Below are positions 1 to 8,294 of a DNA stretch of 64,000 bases, one piece after another. The translations under genes were made by a program, and so were the position numbers. Source of the DNA: an uncultured Chitinophagales bacterium (GTDB lineage Bacteria > Bacteroidota > Rhodothermia > Balneolales > DATFMH01); the NCBI GenBank assembly GCA_964572735.1, contig CAZNHE010000002.1:7684-71683 (forward strand), given 5' to 3'. The notes under the pieces are model-generated. The model was given only the letters and a program-made list of their open reading frames with translations. It ran no database searches and was not told the origin of the DNA. Position 1 is the stretch's first letter. Each line of letters begins with the position of its first letter.

Positions 1-37
1 AGGCAGACACGTCCCGGAGGCGGTCTGGCATTATCGG

Positions 38-3000
38 GTGCATAACGATGGGCTCTACCAGTCGCAAATCAGTAAGGATCAGCGGTTGAAGGCCAGAGTG
101 GTAATGAACCATCCGCGCTTATATACGCAGGCCCAGAAGAAATGGGCAAAGGGAGTTTTGACAGGCAATACGGAGGCATTGGGTATCACCGGTGGCATAG
201 GTATGGTTCCGCAATTTGATAACGCTCTGGAAACACCCCAGGTTGATAGACAACGATCTAATATCGGTGACAGTGGACGTGAGTCCCGTCACATCCTCTT
301 CACCATGTACGGTTGGGACGATGAGGGCGGCGGTACGATCCTGCCGCGCCAGATTGCCAAAGAGCTGGTCCGCCGGGGAAACCGGGTGAGCGTGATTTAT
401 ACGCCATCTAAGAACCTGCCGGATAAGCCGGCGTATTATCTGGAGCAGTCCGAAGACGACGGGGTGCAGCTTTTTGCCGTTTACAACCGCCCTGCCCTGT
501 TTTACGATGTGAACCATCCGGAGCGCGAGATCAGTGATCCGAAGATGCGTGAACTGGTGGGCGGAATCATTGCAGAACTGAAGCCGGATATCATCCACTA
601 TCACAGTTTCCTGAATTTTTCGATGGGTGTGGCAAAGGATGTGCACGAAGCGGGCATTCCGAGTGTCTATACTTCCCATAATTATTGGCCGCTTTGTCCG
701 CGAATGTATTTGTTTGACGACAAACTGAATTTGTGCAGTGGTCCCTCTGCGGATGGTTCCAAATGCGCAGCATGTGTAAAAAATAATGATCAGAAGGATG
801 GTTATGCTGCGCGCGCCGAAGAAGGCCGCCGGATGCTCGGCGAATACGTCGACCGCCATCTGGCCGTGTCGAACCGGGTGAAGGAGCTGTTTGTTGCCAA
901 CGGACATCGGGAAGATCGCATTCATGTATTACAGCAGCAACCAGAAACGGCCGACAGGATCTGGCGGACCGTGGGGGTGAAACGAGAGATTGTGGAAGAC
1001 CTGAATCGTCCCCTGAGGATCGGTTTTATCGGCTCCCTGCTCCTGCAAAAGGGCGTTCATCTGCTGGTGCAGGCATTGCAGGCGTTTTCCAGGGAACGGT
1101 TGGAAGGTTTTGTATTCGGAGGCGGCCCCGAGCCCGTCGTTAAGTGGCTGAAGACGCTCGACAAGAAAAATCTTGTCACGTTCACAGGAAAATACGAACT
1201 GAACGAGCTTCCCGATCTCCTGAAGAAAATTGATGTCATGGTGGTTCCCTCCGTTTGGGAAGATTGTGCACCGCTGGTCGTGTCCGAGGGACTCGCTGCC
1301 CGGCTTCCTGTGATTGGCGCAAGGATGGGCGGCATCCCCGACTTCATAGAAGAGGGCACGACCGGCTTTCTTTTTTCTTATAATGATGTGCAGGAACTGG
1401 CTCAGAAAATCGGGGGGTTCATCTCTGATCGGAAACTGCTGGGCAGGATGCAGCGGAACATTCGATACACGCGCTCCTTCGGTGATTATATGGATGATCT
1501 GCTTCGTCATTATAATGAAGTGATGGACTCCAATGAAACGAGACGGAGTCCGCAGCAAGAAAAACGGGGGGTCATTATTGAGGGTTCTCAGTTCGTGAAC
1601 CACTCTTTGGCACGCGTAAATCGCGAAATCGGCAAGCAACTGATCCGGCGGGAATACAGCCTCTCGATCCTTCCATATGAGAAAGATACATGGATTCCCG
1701 AAAAAGGAACGGATGAATATGCCTTGTATGAACATTACCGTGCGCCTGTTCCCTCAGGCAATCATGTACACATTCGCCATCGCTGGCCACCCGATTTTAC
1801 TCCGCCGGCAAGCGGACACTGGGTGATCATCCAGCCCTGGGAGTTCGGCAGCCTGCCGGAAAAGTGGATACGGCCGATGTCGGATCTGGTGGATGAGGTT
1901 TGGGTTCCCAGCCATTATGTAAAGGAATGCTATGTGCGAAGCGGCGTGCCGGACGATCAGGTTCAGGTAGTTCCCAACGGGGTGGATACCGAAATGTTTA
2001 CCCCGAAAGCCAAACCTTATCCTCTTCATACAAAAAAGTCCTTCAAATTTTTATTTGTGGGAGGTACTATTGCCCGGAAGGGAATCGATGTGCTGCTCAA
2101 TGCCTATGCCCGCAATTTCACGGCAAAGGATGATGTCTGTCTGGTCATTAAAGACATGGGAGGGAGCTCCTTTTATCGCGGACAGACTGCCGCCGATACC
2201 ATTACCCGGCTCCAGACACACCCCGATGCTCCGGAAATCGAATACATTGATGAGGAATTGAGCGATGAGGAAATCGCCGGCTTGTATACTGCGTGCAACT
2301 GCCTGGTTCATCCATATCGCGGCGAGGGATTTGGGCTGCCTATAGCGGAAGCGATGGCGGCCGGCCTTCCGGTGATCGTCACCGGCTGCGGAGCCGCCCT
2401 TGATTTCTGTAATGATGATAATGCCTGGCTTATAAAGGCCCGGGAAATGAAGCTAAAAGAGAAAGCCATCGGATCCCTCAAGACCGTCGATCATCCCTGG
2501 TGGGCCGAACCGAATCCCGAATCGCTGGTGCAACTCATGAAATATGTGATACAGCATCCTGAAGAGGTTCAGAAAAAGGCGAAGAAAGCCCGGAAAACGA
2601 TTCTTACCCGTTTCACCTGGGATAATGTGGGAGATTGCGTGGCACGAAGAATAAATGAGCTTTCGGGAAAACCGATCAGGCGCCTGCAGCCGGCAATGAC
2701 GCCGAAGTGGACCAACAAGGAGTCCTTCATCCGCCATTTTATGCAACGTGTGCAGCGCCAGGAATGGAACCCGTTGATGGAGGAAACCGAAAAAGTCTGC
2801 CGTCAATACCCTGACGACACCTACCTGTGGGTGCTCCGGTCCATTGCCCTGCGGATGAATGCCTGTTTTGACGATGCTATAGAAGCCGTGCAACACTCAC
2901 TGAGGATCAATGAAACCCCCGAGGCACTGTACGAGACAATCCAGCTTGCCGGGGTAATGAATAAACCGGAACAGGCTCAGGCGGTTACCCATCGCCTGCA

Positions 3001-3061
3001 ATCGAATTATCCGGATTGGTGGCGGCAGATGGCGTCACAGGCAGAAGTTGAGCAACGTTGA
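38..3061 (+). CDS. Large tandem glycosyltransferase (two GT-B/GT4-like modules) with a helical TPR-like C-terminal tail. The frame is open to the window edge, so the true start may lie upstream.
   Basis: 1007-aa ORF. First module: HILFTMYGWDDEGGG...IIHYHSF. Second module: FLFVGGTIARKGIDVLL...HPYRGEGFGLPIAEAMAAGLPVIVTG (GT4 E-x7-E type signature). No in-frame stop between nt 2 and the GTG at 38. Confidence 0.8.
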   Translation: MHNDGLYQSQISKDQRLKARVVMNHPRLYTQAQKKWAKGVLTGNTEALGITGGIGMVPQFDNALETPQVDRQRSNIGDSGRESRHILFTMYGWDDEGGGTILPRQIAKELVRRGNRVSVIYTPSKNLPDKPAYYLEQSEDDGVQLFAVYNRPALFYDVNHPEREISDPKMRELVGGIIAELKPDIIHYHSFLNFSMGVAKDVHEAGIPSVYTSHNYWPLCPRMYLFDDKLNLCSGPSADGSKCAACVKNNDQKDGYAARAEEGRRMLGEYVDRHLAVSNRVKELFVANGHREDRIHVLQQQPETADRIWRTVGVKREIVEDLNRPLRIGFIGSLLLQKGVHLLVQALQAFSRERLEGFVFGGGPEPVVKWLKTLDKKNLVTFTGKYELNELPDLLKKIDVMVVPSVWEDCAPLVVSEGLAARLPVIGARMGGIPDFIEEGTTGFLFSYNDVQELAQKIGGFISDRKLLGRMQRNIRYTRSFGDYMDDLLRHYNEVMDSNETRRSPQQEKRGVIIEGSQFVNHSLARVNREIGKQLIRREYSLSILPYEKDTWIPEKGTDEYALYEHYRAPVPSGNHVHIRHRWPPDFTPPASGHWVIIQPWEFGSLPEKWIRPMSDLVDEVWVPSHYVKECYVRSGVPDDQVQVVPNGVDTEMFTPKAKPYPLHTKKSFKFLFVGGTIARKGIDVLLNAYARNFTAKDDVCLVIKDMGGSSFYRGQTAADTITRLQTHPDAPEIEYIDEELSDEEIAGLYTACNCLVHPYRGEGFGLPIAEAMAAGLPVIVTGCGAALDFCNDDNAWLIKAREMKLKEKAIGSLKTVDHPWWAEPNPESLVQLMKYVIQHPEEVQKKAKKARKTILTRFTWDNVGDCVARRINELSGKPIRRLQPAMTPKWTNKESFIRHFMQRVQRQEWNPLMEETEKVCRQYPDDTYLWVLRSIALRMNACFDDAIEAVQHSLRINETPEALYETIQLAGVMNKPEQAQAVTHRLQSNYPDWWRQMASQAEVEQR

Positions 3062-3088
3062 AGTTCAAAGACACGAAGGAAGAATTAA

Positions 3089-3161
3089 CCACAATGTTCG
3101 CAAAGGTTTCACAAAGTACACAGAGACAAACACATAGTGAACATTGTGGGATTCATTGTGG
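3089..3161 (+). repeat. Inverted repeat with a duplicated 3-prime arm, in the gap between the two glycosyltransferase genes
   Basis: CCACAATGTTC (3089-3099) is the exact reverse complement of GAACATTGTGG (3139-3149). A second CATTGTGG copy at 3154-3161 is followed by TCTATTTTC. Confidence 0.6.
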
Positions 3162-3211
3162 TCTATTTTCTAAGGCTTCATTATGGTAAATAATAATAAT
3201 CATCATTTAAA

Positions 3212-4501
3212 ATGCCGCGTACGGTTTCGCCAAAACTCAGTCTGGTTATTCCTGTCACGGAAAATCGCCGGGTATTCGTTTCACAATGCCTGGCCGACCT
3301 GAGCCGGCAGACTATTTCCTCTGAAATGGAAATCATCCTGACGGGAACAGGAGACTATCTCAATGAAGTTTCCGCAGATCGTTTTTCCGGTGTGGCGATC
3401 CGTAAAGTGGAAAGTGGGTCCGATTCCCTCTTCCGTCTTTGGAACGAAGGATTAAAAAAGGCGGCTTCTCCCTTCGTCTCCGTTATACACCCGGCGGACC
3501 GCTATCGTCCGGATGCTTTTGAGCAGATGACAGGCGAACTCGATCGTCATGAGGATATCCCGGCGGTTTATGCGGATGCACTGGTTACGGATGAGGAAAA
3601 TGAAACGTTTGAAGTTCATAGTGCACAGGGTGCGAAGCGGTTTCCCGATTATGACCGCGGGAGCCTTATAGAACGTGGTTTTACAGAACTCAGGCCGGTA
3701 TGGAGATCCTGCCTGCACCGGCAATGCGGTTATCTGGATGAAGGATTGACCGCTGTCGCCGATCTTGAATTCTGGCTGAGGATCAGTGGCCGGGACCGGT
3801 TCCGGCATATCCCCGAATTTTTGGCTCTTCGTTTTGAAAAGCCGGGTTATCAGAGGATGGTCCCCGAGAAAAAACGCCGTGAGGAATTCACCGCTGTTCT
3901 TCCGTTTTATGAGAATGACTATTCGGGAAAAGGCGAGGCTCTTTCCCAAATGATCCATAAATGCCGGAAGATGGAGCACCTGGCCGGAGGGGCCGGTTTT
4001 GGGAAACGGATAGATCAGGAAATTTCAAAAAATCCGTCGAACCAGGAGCTCTGGCTGCTCAAGGCGAGGCATTTGATGCAGGACGGAAACCGCAAAGAGG
4101 CGGAATCTTTCCTGAGGCAGGCCGTAGCAAGGTTTCCAAATGAACCCCGGTTTATCCTGCACCGGGCCATTCTTCTTTGGAAGACCGGGCATAAGCGCCA
4201 TGCGGTCGAAATGCTGGAAGAGGTCATCCGGAACAAACCTCTGGAGGCACAGGTTCATGCAACATTATCTGAAATGTACAGTGAAACCGGTCAGGCGGAT
4301 AGGGCCATACAGGAATACGTTTTTCTTATCAATCATTCGGGAGATCATCTTTCACTATATACATCATTAATTCGTCATCTGCTGGAACAGGGCGAGCTGG
4401 TCAGGGCACACTATTATTATCATATAGCCTGTCGGAAACATCCGGAAAACGCAGAATTGCAGAAAATCGCACATTTGTTTAGATGGCCCCAAATCGGCTG
4501 A
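3212..4501 (+). CDS. Family-2 glycosyltransferase fused to C-terminal TPR repeats
   Basis: 429-aa ORF. N-terminus LSLVIPVTENRRVF...LSRQT is typical of GT2 (GT-A fold). The C-terminal half has repeated A/Y/L-rich helical pairs (WLLKARHLMQDGNRKEAESFLRQAV...). Confidence 0.75.
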   Translation: MPRTVSPKLSLVIPVTENRRVFVSQCLADLSRQTISSEMEIILTGTGDYLNEVSADRFSGVAIRKVESGSDSLFRLWNEGLKKAASPFVSVIHPADRYRPDAFEQMTGELDRHEDIPAVYADALVTDEENETFEVHSAQGAKRFPDYDRGSLIERGFTELRPVWRSCLHRQCGYLDEGLTAVADLEFWLRISGRDRFRHIPEFLALRFEKPGYQRMVPEKKRREEFTAVLPFYENDYSGKGEALSQMIHKCRKMEHLAGGAGFGKRIDQEISKNPSNQELWLLKARHLMQDGNRKEAESFLRQAVARFPNEPRFILHRAILLWKTGHKRHAVEMLEEVIRNKPLEAQVHATLSEMYSETGQADRAIQEYVFLINHSGDHLSLYTSLIRHLLEQGELVRAHYYYHIACRKHPENAELQKIAHLFRWPQIG

Positions 4502-4557
4502 GAGAGGCGGGACAAGCCGTTTCGGGCGAGATGCCTTCTTTTTTCTGGGTGCAGATG

Positions 4558-4588
4558 TTTAAGCTGTAAAAACCAAATGACGATAAGT
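4558..4588 (+). promoter_or_regulatory. Sigma-28 (FliA/SigD)-type promoter of the flagellin gene
   Basis: TTTAAG-N17-CGATAAGT, i.e. TAAG-N15-GACGATAA versus the consensus TAAA-N15-GCCGATAA. It lies 64 nt upstream of the fliC ATG. The same architecture recurs at 5554-5584. Confidence 0.65.
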
Positions 4589-4600
4589 TGGCTATAGTCA

Positions 4601-4618
4601 AATCCCAAGGATGGGATT
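4601..4618 (+). promoter_or_regulatory. Putative CsrA binding hairpin in the flagellin 5-prime UTR
   Basis: Perfect 7-bp stem AATCCCA/TGGGATT with loop AGGA. A second GGA lies in the SD-like AAGGAG at 4640-4645. Confidence 0.55.
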
Positions 4619-4651
4619 CCGAAACAAATAACCAAAAAGAAGGAGCTAATT

Positions 4652-5479
4652 ATGTCATTCGGAGACTTTAACCGCATCAACACCAATGTACAGTCGATGC
4701 AGGCACAGTTGTCGCTGAACCGGATCAACAACCGGCTTTCAAATGTACAACTGAAGTTATCTACAGGTAAAAAGATTAACCACGCAGAAGATGACGCTGC
4801 CGGTTTCTCTATTGCTGCCAAACTTTCATCCCGGATTGCCGGTATGAACCAGGCCATGCAGAACATTGGGGATGCCAAATCGGTGCTCAACATCGCCGAA
4901 GGAAGCATAAACAACGTGCTGGATATCCTTAATACGATGAAAACCAAGGCGACCCAGGCCGCCAATGGCACATTAGGAAGCACCGAAATCGGGTATGTCA
5001 ACGATGAAATCAACGGTTTGGCTAAAGAAATTACCTCTATCGTTGATACAACCAAGTTCGAAGACACCAAGCTGCTGGACGGTAGCTATACTGCTACGTT
5101 CCAAACCGGTGAAGATAGCAGTGATACGCTGGCTGTGAGCCTGAGCGGTGTAAACACCTCGGACATCGGACTGGGCAGTATAAGCATAACGACAGCCTCG
5201 GATGCCAACACCTTCCTGGCTTCGATTGATGACGCTGTCAGCCAGGTTGCCGGTTATATGAAAGACATCGGGGTGTATCAGTCACGTCTGTCCATCCGCC
5301 AGGATGTGCTGGCTGAAAACATCAACAACAACAGCAGCGCGCTCAGCAGTGTTCAGGATACTGACTTTGCCAAGGCGCAAAGTGAATCTATTAAGCTGCA
5401 AATCCTGCAACAAACAGCTATTGCTGCTTTGTCTCAAGCCAACGCGGCTCCGCAGGCAGTACTCAAATTCATCGGATAA
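4652..5479 (+). CDS. fliC: Flagellin (short, D0/D1-only type)
   Basis: 275 aa. N-terminus RINTNVQSMQAQLSLNR...INHAEDDAAGFSIAAKL. C-terminus DTDFAKAQSESIKLQILQQTAIAALSQANAAPQAVLKFI. Confidence 0.95.
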   Translation: MSFGDFNRINTNVQSMQAQLSLNRINNRLSNVQLKLSTGKKINHAEDDAAGFSIAAKLSSRIAGMNQAMQNIGDAKSVLNIAEGSINNVLDILNTMKTKATQAANGTLGSTEIGYVNDEINGLAKEITSIVDTTKFEDTKLLDGSYTATFQTGEDSSDTLAVSLSGVNTSDIGLGSISITTASDANTFLASIDDAVSQVAGYMKDIGVYQSRLSIRQDVLAENINNNSSALSSVQDTDFAKAQSESIKLQILQQTAIAALSQANAAPQAVLKFIG

Positions 5480-5517
5480 TCAATCGGTGAAGGCAAGAAT
5501 GACAAGTCAATTGTCTG

Positions 5518-5556
5518 GACAGGGAGTATCGGGAACGAAACTCCCTGTCATTTTTT
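5518..5556 (+). terminator. Rho-independent terminator after fliC
   Basis: 10-bp stem GACAGGGAGT/ACTCCCTGTC, 12-nt loop, then A plus TTTTTT. Confidence 0.8.
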
Positions 5557-5584
5557 AAGAAAATGACCGAAATGACCGATAAGT
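5554..5584 (+). promoter_or_regulatory. Sigma-28-type promoter for fliS-fliD-flaG-orf-flgM
   Basis: TTTAAG-N17-CGATAAGT (TAAG-N15-ACCGATAA). The -35 overlaps the T-tract of the fliC terminator. It ends 15 nt before the fliS ATG. Confidence 0.55.
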
Positions 5585-5598
5585 AGTTTTTCAAGCAC

Positions 5599-5904
5599 AT
5601 GAATAATGCCCTTAATACCTATCAGCGACAAGCCGTTCTGAACGCCTCTCCTGAAAAGCTCATTTCCATAATTTACGACGGAACCATAGCCGCCGCTTAC
5701 CGGAAAGACCAGGCCAGGCTTTTGGAGGGCCTCCAGATCCTCACTCTTTCGCTGAATTTCGAGTATGACGTGGCTAAAAACTTCTATAATCTGTATCAAT
5801 ATTGCCGCCACAGAGTTCAGGTAAACGAATTTGACGAAGTTCGGGAATTGTTAGATGATATCAGGACAGCATGGAATGAACATGTGGTGAAAAGCAAAGA
5901 ATAG
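5599..5904 (+). CDS. fliS: Flagellin-specific export chaperone FliS
   Basis: 101 aa. YQRQAVLNASPEKLISIIYDG... matches the FliS N-terminal pattern. Sits between fliC and fliD. Confidence 0.85.
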   Translation: MNNALNTYQRQAVLNASPEKLISIIYDGTIAAAYRKDQARLLEGLQILTLSLNFEYDVAKNFYNLYQYCRHRVQVNEFDEVRELLDDIRTAWNEHVVKSKE

Positions 5905-5925
5905 AATTCTAAAAATGGACCGATC

Positions 5926-7443
5926 ATGGCAATAAGTTCTTCTACCAGCAGCGATTATGCATCTCTGTTTAAGGCCAATGATCCTTACTCGCAGTTGATC
6001 GATAATCTGATCACGCTGGATAGCACTCAAAAAAACAAGTATGTAAGTCAGAAGCAGACAGAGCAGAATACAGAGGATGCCATAAGCGATGTCAGCTCTG
6101 ACATGTCTGCATTAAATACCCTCCTCACTAATTACGTCGGCCCTCTGGCAAATCAGCTGGAAGCGCCTGAGGCAACCTCTTCCAATCCCGATTCTTTTTC
6201 CGTTACCGCCGGCGATGGGCTGGAGACCAAAGGCGACTTCTCCATCAGCATCCAGAATATCGCCCATAACGATACCCGGTATACGGCACAATTCTCTACA
6301 ACGGGAACCGACATCGTTGATCAGCTCACCGACGCTTCCCAGCCCGGAAGTTTTGAGATGACGGCAGGAGGCAATACATATACCATTCAGGCGGGCGACC
6401 TTAGCGGGATGGATAATGAAGACGCCCTCTCTGCCATTGCCAGCGCGATAAACTCGGTTGCAGGCGACAGCGTGAACGCCAGCATTGTCCATGAGAGTTC
6501 GGGAACCGTACGATTATCAGTACGCAGCCTGGAGAGTGGTTCTGCTAACCAGATATCTTTTCAAAATACGGCCGATGCTGCTAATCCTGCCGAAATTCTG
6601 GGCTTTACCAATGGCAGCGGCTCGGGATCCGAAGGCCAGGATAACACCGCTCTTATCAGCGGAACGGCAGCCGGCCGGGTGTATGACACGGACGATCTGG
6701 ATGCCCATTTTACCATGGATGGCCTGAGCTATACCCGCAGCTCTAATAAAGTGGATGACGCCATTACCGGCCTTACAATCAATCTGCTGGCACCTACAAC
6801 AGGTTCTGATACCATAACCATCGGCAGTGACAGCGATCAGGGCAAACAGGCGCTGCAGGATTTTATCGATGCCTACAACAAGCTGAATTCGGATATCCGG
6901 AGCAAATCGTCATTGGATCCTGACACCGGCGAACGCGGACCGCTCGGCAATGACCGCACTTTCAAAAATCTGATGTATACCCTGCAGAATGCAATGATTC
7001 AGACGGTCTCGACCTCGGGCGATTATACCAATATTTTTTCGATCGGTCTGAATTTTCAGCAGGATGGAACGCTGTATATTGAGGATGAATCCAAACTGGA
7101 TGAAGCGCTTAAAAATGACCCCGATGCCGTTCAAAAACTGTTTTCCAATGACTCGGGGAGCGACACGATAACCGACGGAGACGGTCTGGCCAAACGACTA
7201 CAGTCGCAAATCGACAGCTATGTAAAGGCGGGCGGCGTCATCGACGAAATGAAGTCTTCTGTTGAGGCACGGATCTCACAACTGGATGATCAGATATCCC
7301 AGCAGGATGATTATCTGGCTATGAAACGAAAGATCTACGAGCAGCAATATACTCAGCTCGAACAGCTTTCCAACACAGCTACCGCCCAGTTCAATACCAT
7401 ACAAGCCATCATGGCCAACACGACAGCCATTTATTCATCCTGA
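5926..7443 (+). CDS. fliD: Flagellar filament cap protein FliD
   Basis: 505 aa. C-terminal coiled coil RISQLDDQISQQDDYLAMKRKIYEQQYTQLEQL is typical of FliD. Synteny with fliS. Confidence 0.9.
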   Translation: MAISSSTSSDYASLFKANDPYSQLIDNLITLDSTQKNKYVSQKQTEQNTEDAISDVSSDMSALNTLLTNYVGPLANQLEAPEATSSNPDSFSVTAGDGLETKGDFSISIQNIAHNDTRYTAQFSTTGTDIVDQLTDASQPGSFEMTAGGNTYTIQAGDLSGMDNEDALSAIASAINSVAGDSVNASIVHESSGTVRLSVRSLESGSANQISFQNTADAANPAEILGFTNGSGSGSEGQDNTALISGTAAGRVYDTDDLDAHFTMDGLSYTRSSNKVDDAITGLTINLLAPTTGSDTITIGSDSDQGKQALQDFIDAYNKLNSDIRSKSSLDPDTGERGPLGNDRTFKNLMYTLQNAMIQTVSTSGDYTNIFSIGLNFQQDGTLYIEDESKLDEALKNDPDAVQKLFSNDSGSDTITDGDGLAKRLQSQIDSYVKAGGVIDEMKSSVEARISQLDDQISQQDDYLAMKRKIYEQQYTQLEQLSNTATAQFNTIQAIMANTTAIYSS

Positions 7444-7479
7444 TAATCGATCATCAACCGGAATGGAAGGTAATGAGTC

Positions 7480-7899
7480 ATGGACATTACAAGCAGAATA
7501 ACATTCACGCCGTTAGACCAGGATTCGAATCATAAGATCGACCGGCTGATTTCGCCTCCTGCAGATTCTCCTGGAGAACAACCCGCTTCACAGGCAGCCG
7601 GCACCGGACCCCGCGTAAACCATCCCGCCCCGGAATCTAAGGGACAAAGTGGTGCGGGTGTTGTTTCAAAGCAGCAAATCGGAACCCATGATGTTGATAC
7701 GGATGATGAATATGAACTGAAGCTCACAAAGTTAAAATTCTCTAAGGATGAGCAAACAGGGAAAATGGTTGTAAAGGTTATCGATAAAAACACCGATAAG
7801 GTAATCAGGCAGGTACCGCCGCAGGATTTTCTGGATATGGTCCACCAAATGCGAAAGGCGGCGGATGAGTTGCTTAAACGATTACCTAAAACAATTTAA
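7480..7899 (+). CDS. flaG: FlaG family flagellar protein
   Basis: 139 aa. C-terminal LKFSKDEQTGKMVVKVIDKNTDKVIRQVPPQDFLDM matches the FlaG domain pattern. Confidence 0.75.
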   Translation: MDITSRITFTPLDQDSNHKIDRLISPPADSPGEQPASQAAGTGPRVNHPAPESKGQSGAGVVSKQQIGTHDVDTDDEYELKLTKLKFSKDEQTGKMVVKVIDKNTDKVIRQVPPQDFLDMVHQMRKAADELLKRLPKTI

Positions 7900-8288
7900 T
7901 GGAACAGGCAGAACAGATCGAGGCACCGCTGTCACAGGCTATCGCCATGAGCCGGGAATTGCTGGCAATGAGTGAGAAAGATGAGCCGGATCTGGAAGAG
8001 ATGGAGTTGGGATTTCAGAGCAGGGGGAAGCTGATTGATAAAATTCAGTCTGCCTTGAAATCGATGAATCAGGCTGATACTTTGCCTGGTGACCGCCGTG
8101 ATGCCGTCTTGCAATCTCTGGGCGAACTTGAAGAAATTGACGTCCGGCTGCGGGATCATCTCTCTGTTTTGCTCGACCAAAAGCGCGTCTCGCTGCTTAG
8201 AATACGACGAGATGAACGGGCCGGCAAGAGCTATCAGAGAAAGCGTGTAGGTCATGCATTGTTCATACGAAACAAACTGGAAGGCTGA
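7899..8288 (+). CDS. Hypothetical helical flagellar-locus protein, possibly a FliT-like chaperone
   Basis: 129-aa ORF translationally coupled to flaG (TAATG overlap). All-helical, acidic. Position equivalent to fliT/yvyF-type genes. No diagnostic motif seen. Confidence 0.4.
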   Translation: MEQAEQIEAPLSQAIAMSRELLAMSEKDEPDLEEMELGFQSRGKLIDKIQSALKSMNQADTLPGDRRDAVLQSLGELEEIDVRLRDHLSVLLDQKRVSLLRIRRDERAGKSYQRKRVGHALFIRNKLEG

Positions 8289-8294
8289 GATATT

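Noticed and set aside
119-1735. Two 268-aa minus-strand ORFs (119-925 and 929-1735), and similar antisense ORFs elsewhere such as 21524-22342
   Set aside because: They are antisense to well-supported glycosyltransferase and flgK genes, and their sequences have no recognisable domains.
7515-7535. tRNA T-loop-like GGATTCGAATC
   Set aside because: It lies inside the flaG coding sequence with no acceptor or anticodon stem context. No other tRNA-like T-loops occur in intergenic DNA.
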